From: an uncultured Elusimicrobia bacterium
GTDB taxonomy: Bacteria > Elusimicrobiota > Endomicrobiia > DTEH01
Direction: 5' to 3'
Assembly (NCBI GenBank): GCA_964508565.1
Contig: CAZDUB010000001.1
Location: 181,726 to 245,725 of the forward strand
Length of the DNA: 64,000 bases
Part shown: one piece after another, positions 57,213 through 64,000 of the stretch
How positions within the stretch are numbered: the first letter of the stretch is position 1
How the letters are laid out: every line of letters starts with the position of its first letter
Translations under genes and position numbers: made by a program
The notes under the pieces: model-generated
Seen by the model: the letters and a program-made list of their open reading frames with translations, nothing else
What the model was told of the DNA's origin: nothing
The model's database searches: none

Positions 57213-58109
57213 ATGGAAAATAAACCAAATAAAGAGGTTCGTTTAGACCAGTTAGTTGACTATTCTCAACCCTACGCTGTATTGGAAGAGATAAAACACA
57301 ACTTTATTGCTCACTATCCTATAGCAGAGTTTATACCATTTAGATACATATTTAAAGATTTCATTGACCTTATGGAAGGTAGATACCCTGGATATAGGGG
57401 ATACAACACAAAATTTCACGACATTCAACATACAACAGATGTTTTACTTGCTTTGTCTAGATTAATTGATGGGTATAATATAAAAAATAACAAAAACAAA
57501 CTATCAGTGCAAAAAGTTAAACTTGCATTAATTGCAGGAGTGTTTCATGATACTGGATATCTTCAAACAATAGATGATCAAGAAGGTACCGGAGCCAAAT
57601 ATACAGCTATTCATGTAGAACGAAGTATAGAATTTATAGCAAAATATATGCAACAAAAAGGATATTCTCCTTTAGAATTTGAGACTGTCAAAAATATTGT
57701 ATTGTGTACAAAACTTTTAGTAGATCCTTTAAAAGATATAAACTTCAACGACGAAGAAGAAAAAACTTTAGGAATTATGCTTGGCACAGCAGACCTTATA
57801 GGGCAGATGTCTTGTAGGACATATCTTGAAAGGTTGGTATTTTTGTTTTATGAGTTTAAAGAAGCGGGTATTCCTGGATATACTTCTGAGTTTGACCTGC
57901 TTAAAAAAACAAAAGAGTTTTACGAGATGGTAAAAGACCGTATTGACAACAAATTAGGTAAAGTTTACCAATATTTGATATATCATTTCAAAAAAAGATA
58001 TAAAATCAACAAAAACTTATATCTTGTAGCTGTTGAAAGAGCAATAAACTACATAAACACAATATCTTCACCACAAGAAATGTATACAAAGTTAAGAAGA
58101 AAAATTTAG
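57213..58109 (+). CDS. HD-domain protein
   Basis: H...HD...D pattern: KFHDIQHTTDV ... GVFHDTGY ... ADLIGQ. Confidence 0.6.
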   Translation: MENKPNKEVRLDQLVDYSQPYAVLEEIKHNFIAHYPIAEFIPFRYIFKDFIDLMEGRYPGYRGYNTKFHDIQHTTDVLLALSRLIDGYNIKNNKNKLSVQKVKLALIAGVFHDTGYLQTIDDQEGTGAKYTAIHVERSIEFIAKYMQQKGYSPLEFETVKNIVLCTKLLVDPLKDINFNDEEEKTLGIMLGTADLIGQMSCRTYLERLVFLFYEFKEAGIPGYTSEFDLLKKTKEFYEMVKDRIDNKLGKVYQYLIYHFKKRYKINKNLYLVAVERAINYINTISSPQEMYTKLRRKI

Positions 58110-58111
58110 CT

Positions 58112-59023
58112 ATGCAAGAAATTTCTCAAGACTACTCTCTTATAGATAAATTTATAGAATTTATAAAATTAGAAAAAGGACTTTCTAAAAATACTGTTGA
58201 TGCTTACAGAAGAGATTTATCTCAATATTTTTCTTTCTTAAAAAAAATAAACAAAGATATTCACACAGTTACTCCACAAGATATAACAGATTTTCTTTGG
58301 CAACTAAAAGAAGAAAATTTAAAATCATCTTCAATATACAGAAAATCTTCCTGCATTGTTCAGTTTCATAAATTTCTACTCTTAGAAGAGATAACCAAAA
58401 ACAATCCAATTGAATTTTTAGCAAGACCGAAAATACAAAGAAAACTGCCACAAGTTCTAACAGTTGAAGAAGTTGAAAAACTTTTGAATTTTATTCCTAA
58501 AAATAGGTTTAATGATATAAGAAACAAAGCGATGATAGAGGTGTTGTATGCAACTGGTATGAGAGTATCTGAACTTGTAAATTTGAAGTTTGAGCAAATT
58601 GATTTAACAAATAAATACATAAGAGTAGTTGGTAAAGGTAACAAAGAAAGAATTGCACTTTTGAACAATAAAAGCATCCAAGCTTTAAAAGATTGGATAA
58701 AAATAAGAGATAAAAAATTTTCTAAAAAAAACTTAGGAGAGTACAACAACTACGTTTTTCTTTCAAAATTAGGCAAACCTATCTCAAGGATTGATTTTTG
58801 GGAACAACTAAAAAACTATGTAAAACAAGCAGGTATAACAAAAAATGTCTCACCTCATACTTTAAGACACTCTTTTGCAACTCATATGTTGAAATACGGA
58901 GCAGACCTACGAGTTGTACAGGAACTTTTAGGACACGCAGATATATCAACCACACAAATTTATACTCACATAGATAAACAACATCTTAAAGACATTCATA
59001 AGAAATATCACCCAAGAGGATAG
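58112..59023 (+). CDS. Tyrosine recombinase XerC/XerD family
   Basis: N-terminal SAM-like domain. Catalytic motifs ATGMRVSEL, HTLRHSFATH and LGHADISTTQIYTH. Confidence 0.88.
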   Translation: MQEISQDYSLIDKFIEFIKLEKGLSKNTVDAYRRDLSQYFSFLKKINKDIHTVTPQDITDFLWQLKEENLKSSSIYRKSSCIVQFHKFLLLEEITKNNPIEFLARPKIQRKLPQVLTVEEVEKLLNFIPKNRFNDIRNKAMIEVLYATGMRVSELVNLKFEQIDLTNKYIRVVGKGNKERIALLNNKSIQALKDWIKIRDKKFSKKNLGEYNNYVFLSKLGKPISRIDFWEQLKNYVKQAGITKNVSPHTLRHSFATHMLKYGADLRVVQELLGHADISTTQIYTHIDKQHLKDIHKKYHPRG

Positions 59024-59033
59024 CTTTTTATAT

Positions 59034-59266
59034 TTATTTAGAAAGTACCTCTTTCTCTTCAACTGAAGGAACTTTCCCAGCAAAAACAATTTTTCCATCA
59101 ACAATCACCGCAGGAGTAATCATAACTCCTAACTTTACAAACTCTTTTGGGTCATAAATATGGGTAACCTCAGCATCAACTAATCCTAAATTCCTACAAG
59201 CTTGTTTAACATTATTTTCAGTTGTTATACATCTTTGACAACCGACCCTGCAACTATTATTTTCAT
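59034..59266 (-). pseudogene. Small thioredoxin-fold protein (redox-active disulfide protein 2-like), frameshifted at a G-run
   Basis: AAGGAG RBS, then ATG (59266-59264) MKIIVAGS. The frame is then lost. The adjacent frame reads GCQRCITTENNVKQACRNLGLVDAEVTHIYDPKEFVKLGVMITPAVIVDGKIVFAGKVPSVEE. The span is 233 nt (3n+2); one extra G in GGGTCGG restores MKIIVAGSGCQRC. Confidence 0.7.
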
Positions 59267-59361
59267 ATAAATCTTTCTCCTTTGTTAATTAATTCTGTTA
59301 ACTTTCTTTTTTGTATTATTTCAAAAGATCATTAAAAGCTAACAGAATCCCTTACAAAAAG

Positions 59362-59676
59362 TTATAAATTTAAAAATTCTATTGATACATTTTTTTGTTC
59401 AAAAATTTTAAATTCTTGCTCAATTGCTTTCAAAATTGCACAAGGCACAACACAACTTGTTCTACAAACATATTTTGACGCAGTTTTATAAACTTTTGTA
59501 TCGCATAAAGGCAAAGTAACTTCTTCGCCAACTTTTATATCTTTTAGCTCTTCAACTAATTTTTTGATATATTCACAAGTTGTTTCTACTACAACATCAC
59601 AGGTTGATTCTGTTTTCCTTTTTATTTGTATTACTACTTCCTGATTACACTGCCCTGCTTTTACATATACAGTCAT
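59362..59676 (-). CDS. Cysteine-rich hypothetical protein (7 Cys in 104 aa)
   Basis: ORF with 7 Cys residues spread through 104 aa, same strand as the sufB/D-like gene. Confidence 0.5.
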   Translation of the reverse strand: MTVYVKAGQCNQEVVIQIKRKTESTCDVVVETTCEYIKKLVEELKDIKVGEEVTLPLCDTKVYKTASKYVCRTSCVVPCAILKAIEQEFKIFEQKNVSIEFLNL

Positions 59677-59703
59677 ATATCTAACTCCGTATAAAAAACA
59701 TAC

Positions 59704-59904
59704 TTATCCACAACAACAGCAACCAGAACCACTTCCACTCCTTCCATCTGAACTTATACAACAAAAACTACTAAATATTTGTTCTGTTTCTTCACTTCCA
59801 CATTTTGGACATTTTACTTTTAGTCCTTTTGATTTTTCTTCAACTGTTGCTTCTACTTCTATTTTAGTTTTACATTTTTTACATTGATATTCATAAGTTG
59901 GCAT
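59704..59904 (-). CDS. FmdB-family zinc-ribbon protein with Cys/Gly tail
   Basis: MPTYEYQCKKC...KCPKCGS is the CxxC...CxxC signature. The tail is SSFCCISSDGRSGSGSGCCCCG. GGAGG RBS. Confidence 0.75.
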   Translation of the reverse strand: MPTYEYQCKKCKTKIEVEATVEEKSKGLKVKCPKCGSEETEQIFSSFCCISSDGRSGSGSGCCCCG

Positions 59905-59929
59905 ATTTTTTTACCTCCTATTTATTATA

Positions 59930-59972
59930 CTTTACACTTTTAACTTTAAACTATGAACTGTGAACTATTAAC
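59930..59972. repeat. Repeat module G (reverse complement of 23201-23243)
   Basis: CTTTACACTTTTAACTTTAAACTATGAACTGTG is the reverse complement of CACAGTTCATAGTTTAAAGTTAAAAGTATAAAG, apart from one mismatch. Confidence 0.8.
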
Positions 59973-60004
59973 TATGAACTAAACTTTTCATTTTAACACT
60001 TTAA

Positions 60005-60940
60005 CTATCTAAACATACCTTTTATTATAACATCCACAGCTTCTTCTTCAGTTAAACCTCTTGCCATAAGAGTGTCTATTTGTTTTTTATCAATCCTACC
60101 AATGGAAGCTTCATGTGTGACTCTTGCAAGCTCGTGTAAAACATTAACAACAGGCACTGCTTTTGCTTTGGCATTACCTTGGATTATTTCTGTACAGTCA
60201 ACATGTCCTTTTGCATCTTTAGCAGAAGCAATAAGTTCATTAAATATCTCACTCACTGCGTTATCTCTTACTGCTACACGGCTTTTAATTAATCCTCTTG
60301 ATGCTAAACCTTCTAAAAATCCTGCTTCTCTTAGTCTAATTCTGTCATCTTTTATTCCATAAATCTTTGCATTCATTACCAAATTTGAATAATCTCCTAC
60401 ATGAACTTCATAGTCTAAATCAAACACTCCTACTCTTCCTTTAAGCAAAGTAAAGTTTGTTATGTAATTGCTATTTTTGCCAACATAAACTTTTGCTTTA
60501 GGGATAACTTCTATTCCACCAAAATCACTGTGGCTGTGAACTTCTTCATATTCATAGTATGCGTTATCTGCAATTTTTATCACAGCATCCATCTTGTGAA
60601 TAACTTTTTTAGCATTTGGAAAAGCACAATGTGCTAAAACTTTAACTTTCGCCCCATCTTCTACTTCTACATTCATAACTATTTCTTGAAGACCTTCCTC
60701 TGGTAGCACACCAAAACACATATGTACCGGATTTTCAATCTTTGTGTTTTTTAAAACACGCATTTTTACTTCTACACCGTTTTTTGTTTCTTTTGGTTCA
60801 ACTACTAATCCTTCTACAGTATGGGCACCTAAAACTTTGTTTTTGTTTACAACTAAATGAGCAACTTTTGTATCTTTTAGTTGAGAAGGATCTTGCTGGA
60901 TATATTCATACAAATTTACCATTAACTCAAAGTCACTCAT
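60005..60940 (-). CDS. SufB/SufD-family Fe-S scaffold protein, short form (SmsB-like)
   Basis: 311 aa with a beta-helix core. C-terminal signature VTHEASIGRIDKKQIDTLMARGLTEEEAVDVIIKGMF. Confidence 0.85.
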   Translation of the reverse strand: MSDFELMVNLYEYIQQDPSQLKDTKVAHLVVNKNKVLGAHTVEGLVVEPKETKNGVEVKMRVLKNTKIENPVHMCFGVLPEEGLQEIVMNVEVEDGAKVKVLAHCAFPNAKKVIHKMDAVIKIADNAYYEYEEVHSHSDFGGIEVIPKAKVYVGKNSNYITNFTLLKGRVGVFDLDYEVHVGDYSNLVMNAKIYGIKDDRIRLREAGFLEGLASRGLIKSRVAVRDNAVSEIFNELIASAKDAKGHVDCTEIIQGNAKAKAVPVVNVLHELARVTHEASIGRIDKKQIDTLMARGLTEEEAVDVIIKGMFR

Positions 60941-61533
60941 TTTTCCTCCTGGTAAAAGTTAATTTTTTAGTCGTTTGGTCGTCTGGTTGTTTAGTTGTCT
61001 GGTTTTATTGTTTCTAAAAGGGTTTAGGGGATAGGGGCTAGGGTTTAATGATATATTAACCCTAATAAACTCAATGAACCCAACAAAACCAAAAAATCCA
61101 ATAAACCCAATAAACTCAACAAACTCAATAAACTCTATCAACACCTCTTCCTCCTATCAAGGATGGACTAAGGGAGGTGTGTTTGTTTTATATCATACGC
61201 CATAAACAATAAGCTATATTCTTAATAAACACACCCCTTAACCTCCTCTTAATATAAGGGAAATTAGTTTGGAGTAGAAATCAATAAACTCAATTGCGTA
61301 GATGCATATATGCGTTGATGTGCATGAAATTCAATAAATTCAATGAACTCTCTGTGCTTTTGCACCCTCTGTAGTTTTATTTTTTACTTTTCACTACAGA
61401 GAAAACAAGAAACTCAAAGAGCACAAAGAAATTTAAAAACTCATTGAGTTTGTTTTTCTACTTTTATAACATCTCTGTGTCTTTGTGCCATCTGTGGTTT
61501 ATTGAACTCAATAAATCAACAAACTCATCTCCA
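60941..61533. repeat. 593-bp mosaic repeat block between the sufB/D-like and sufC-like genes
   Basis: Contains reversed modules D, C and B (60958-61140). Two oppositely oriented hairpin/SD modules lie at 61145-61185 and 61229-61268. Reversed module A is at 61295-61330, with CTCTGTG units and further AATAAACTC units at 61360-61530. Confidence 0.9.
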
Positions 61534-62262
61534 CTATTTACCATCAAGCAACGGTATATGAGATTCACATGGTATACATTTTTCTTTAAAATACTTACCA
61601 ACTTCTTGTGGTGTACCTTCTTTTACAACATATCCAGAACATATTAATGTTGTTCTATCAGCAATTTCTGCAACTTCTTCTCTGTGAGTAATAAGTAGAA
61701 TCGTGGTTCCTTTATTTTTTAATTCTTTTATCAAATCAATAATGTTGTCCAAAGCCAAGATATCTATTCCAGAGTCAGGTTCATCTAAAATTAATAATTT
61801 TGGTTGCATAGCATAAACTGCTGCCAACTCTATTCTTTTTCTTTCACCACCACTAAGCGTTCTGTCAACTATACGGTTTAGGTAATCTTTAGGATTTAAA
61901 GCAACAAGATTTAATGCTTCTTCAATTTTCTTTTCATCATAATTTTTCATGCCAACAGCAATATAGTCCTTTGCAGTTAAACCTTCAAATCGGGCAGGTT
62001 CTTGCCACGCAAGTGTTATGCCAAGTTGGGCTCTTTGAGTAATAGACATATACGTTATGTCTTTATCTTCAAAGTAAATTCTTCCTTTCTGTGGTCTATA
62101 ACCTGCTAAGCCCATTATACAATAAGCAATACTGGATTTGCCTGCTGCATTTGTACCAAGCAGGGAATGGATTGTTCCTTTTTCAACAGAAAAACTTACC
62201 TCTTTTAGCACTTCTCTACCTTCTAAATTAAGTGATACTTTTTCTAAATTTAATATCTTCAT
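61534..62262 (-). CDS. sufC: SufC-like Fe-S assembly ATPase (SmsC-like)
   Basis: Walker A GTNAAGKSS, LSGGERKRIELA, ILDEPDSGIDILAL. Confidence 0.85.
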   Translation of the reverse strand: MKILNLEKVSLNLEGREVLKEVSFSVEKGTIHSLLGTNAAGKSSIAYCIMGLAGYRPQKGRIYFEDKDITYMSITQRAQLGITLAWQEPARFEGLTAKDYIAVGMKNYDEKKIEEALNLVALNPKDYLNRIVDRTLSGGERKRIELAAVYAMQPKLLILDEPDSGIDILALDNIIDLIKELKNKGTTILLITHREEVAEIADRTTLICSGYVVKEGTPQEVGKYFKEKCIPCESHIPLLDGK

Positions 62263-62588
62263 AATAGATATTTTGCAAACTTCTTTTTTTCCTTTAACTG
62301 ATATTTTAATGTTTCATTTACACAAAAAGAAAAATTTGAAACACATTTATATTTTAAATAATAGAATCTATGTAGTCCAACTTTTCTGTCATCTACAATT
62401 CCTGATCTTTTAAGAACTGATAGATGTTTAGAGATATTTGACTGTTTTTCACCTAAAATTTTTCTAATTTCTTCTACAGTTTTTTCTGAGTTAGTCAAAA
62501 TATCAATAATTGCTAATCTCGTAGGATGTGCCAAAGCTTTTAATATTTCTGTTTTTTGTCTATACAATTCTTTGGTTTTTAAATTCAT
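62259..62588 (-). CDS. ArsR/SmtB-family transcriptional regulator
   Basis: ILKALAHPTRLAIIDIL...SNISKHLSVLKRSGIV winged helix. Start at MNLKTKEL, downstream of the predicted promoter. ATGA-type overlap with sufC. Confidence 0.85.
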   Translation of the reverse strand: MNLKTKELYRQKTEILKALAHPTRLAIIDILTNSEKTVEEIRKILGEKQSNISKHLSVLKRSGIVDDRKVGLHRFYYLKYKCVSNFSFCVNETLKYQLKEKKKFAKYLL

Positions 62589-62616
62589 AATATATATTCC
62601 TATTTTGTAATATAGT

Positions 62617-62652
62617 AATATATTTAATAAAAAATTATTTGTCAACAGACAA
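62617..62652 (-). promoter_or_regulatory. Promoter of the arsR-sufC genes with an overlapping palindrome
   Basis: Minus strand TTGACA (62645-62640), a 17 nt spacer, then TATATT (62622-62617). The inverted repeat TTGTCAACAGACAA (62639-62652) overlaps the -35. Confidence 0.6.
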
Positions 62653-62663
62653 GAAAAAATTAT

Positions 62664-63344
62664 TTATAGTTGATAAACTCCGTCAAAAATATATCTTTTT
62701 AACTCAATATGGTTTTCTAATATTAAATCTGCTTTAGAAAGATATTCTTTTGGTAATGTTGTAGTAACGGCTATACAAAAAAGTCCTGCGTTTTTTGCTG
62801 CAGCAATTCCTGTAGTAGAATTTTCTATTGCTACACTATCTAAAACAGTTGCTTTAAGTAAAGAAACTGCTTTTTGATAAGGCTCTGGATGGGGCTTTCT
62901 AAAGTTTATTTTGTCAGCTGTTATTATAACATCAAAGAGTTCTTTAATGTTTTTAGGTAAATCACTGTTTACTATTTCTTGGTCTGAGCCTGTTACTAAA
63001 GCAAGTTTTTTGTTATGATTTTTAAGTCTAACTAATATTTCATAAATTTCATCAAAAGGTTTTACAAATTTACTATATTTCTCAATAAAAAATTTTTTAT
63101 GGAGTTTAAAAATTTCAAAATAGGTTTCTTTTGTAAGTGTTTGTGAGCTTCTTTCAAAAATTTTTTTCATAACATCAAATGTCAGCGAACCTTCATTTAA
63201 CAACACATCTTCTTTTGTTATTTTAACTTTAAATTTTTCGCATGCTTCAGCTACAGCTAAAGCATGGTAATGCATGCTATCTAACACAACTCCGTCTAAA
63301 TCAAACAAAAAATTCTCTTTCTGATTTATTAAACCTGTTTTCAT
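62664..63344 (-). CDS. HAD-superfamily hydrolase (beta-phosphoglucomutase/phosphatase-like)
   Basis: FLFDLDGVVLDS motif I, VTGS motif II, and ENSTTGIAAAKNAG. Start taken at MKTGLINQ. Confidence 0.8.
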   Translation of the reverse strand: MKTGLINQKENFLFDLDGVVLDSMHYHALAVAEACEKFKVKITKEDVLLNEGSLTFDVMKKIFERSSQTLTKETYFEIFKLHKKFFIEKYSKFVKPFDEIYEILVRLKNHNKKLALVTGSDQEIVNSDLPKNIKELFDVIITADKINFRKPHPEPYQKAVSLLKATVLDSVAIENSTTGIAAAKNAGLFCIAVTTTLPKEYLSKADLILENHIELKRYIFDGVYQL

Positions 63345-63376
63345 ATTTAATTGTTGGTCCTTCCTAAAATGAGTAT

Positions 63377-64000
63377 TTACCAAGGTATATTGGTTGGTGG
63401 TACTGTCTGCCAACTTTTTCTAACCAAAACTACATTTAAGGAAGGTAAATTTAAATTTTCATCGAAATAAAGTATTGAAAATTCTGATACGCCAGTCCCT
63501 CTTGAAACATTTCCAACAACCCACACAGCACCATATATATCCATTGGACCTTCCATATCGTAGTTACCACCTACATATAAAAAACCAGCCAAGCCAACAT
63601 CCGTGTTAGCAGTATAAGGTCCATCAGACCATGTTTCTTGACCAAACCTAAAATACTTGCGTACTCTTTTGTAGCCATCGTCTGCTGGATATTGGTTTAT
63701 AGATGTGTTGTCTATTTTTTGGTATTCCAGATAAGCCTCAGTAGGTACTTTACACTGTTCAAGAGTAAGGCCTGTTTCTGGGTTACCTGTGTAAGCTAAG
63801 TTGTCACCAGTATAGTTTGTAAAATTACCGCGCACAATTAGTTGGCCTATAATACCACAACCGTTAGCACCGGTACTACCAGTCATTATAAGGTCACCGT
63901 CGTAGTACCATACCCGGCCAGCAAGTTTTGCAGGATGTCTCCACGGATTCTGCAGGTGCGGTTTACCATCGTGATTTTGTCCTGGAGTAAGATTACACCT
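63377..64000 (-). CDS. Hypothetical protein, N-terminus outside window, G+C-rich relative to neighbours
   Basis: The minus-strand frame stays open upstream of the first ATG to base 64000 (RCNLTPGQNHDGKPHLQNPWRHPAKLAGRVWYYDGDLIMTGSTG...). Gly/Asn/Tyr-rich, possibly a surface or pilus-associated protein. Confidence 0.5.
   Translation of the reverse strand, partial: RCNLTPGQNHDGKPHLQNPWRHPAKLAGRVWYYDGDLIMTGSTGANGCGIIGQLIVRGNFTNYTGDNLAYTGNPETGLTLEQCKVPTEAYLEYQKIDNTSINQYPADDGYKRVRKYFRFGQETWSDGPYTANTDVGLAGFLYVGGNYDMEGPMDIYGAVWVVGNVSRGTGVSEFSILYFDENLNLPSLNVVLVRKSWQTVPPTNIPW

Noticed and set aside
58112-59023. Tyrosine recombinase as a marker of an integrated mobile element
   Set aside because: It has the full XerC/XerD layout and length, lies among housekeeping genes, and has no flanking direct repeats, tRNA target or phage/plasmid genes.
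60959-61144. 61-aa ORF (MLIEFIEFVEFIGFIGFFGF...), plus ORFs 60742-61017, 61444-61647 and 23280-23543
   Set aside because: They translate 9-bp-periodic or palindromic intergenic repeat modules. They show tripeptide periodicity or low complexity, have no RBS, and the same DNA occurs in both orientations elsewhere.

Overview
Strongly AT-rich, gene-dense bacterial chromosome segment; G+C was sampled by eye only, not computed. TonB-dependent receptor, FtsH and sigma/anti-sigma genes indicate a diderm bacterium. Reverse gyrase, a TtuA/TtuB-type tRNA thiolation pair and TrmI indicate a thermophile; I cannot name the organism. Most of the window is housekeeping: pckG (5' end outside the window), purE/purC, gmhB, an aminotransferase, pgi, thymidine phosphorylase, tilS-hpt-ftsH-folE-folP, tyrS, maf and a Xer recombinase. 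It also holds a partial V-type ATPase operon (G-like, I, K, E, C only) and a minimal SUF-like sufC + sufB/D cluster under an ArsR regulator. Features worth a second look: (1) a roughly 10.4 kb same-strand block beside nikR. It joins a TonB-dependent receptor, a Znu-like ABC importer and a SAM methyltransferase to a CobN-family chelatase with a ChlI/ChlD fusion; no tetrapyrrole genes and no visible B12 riboswitch. (2) A translationally coupled trio of a small protein, an SPL-like radical SAM enzyme and a DUF763 protein with a helix-hairpin-helix. (3) A modular family of interspersed intergenic repeats in at least 8 gaps, including a 593 bp block splitting sufC from sufB/D, plus a conserved-loop hairpin at gene ends. 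(4) A PUA/EVE-like plus nuclease-like ORF between folE and folP, where folB/folK usually sit. (5) A gene-decay island at 12.2-15.2 kb. (6) Three frameshifts, all at homopolymers, so possibly assembly errors. No rRNA, tRNA, CRISPR array or transposase was recognised. All family calls rest on remembered sequence signatures, not on searches.
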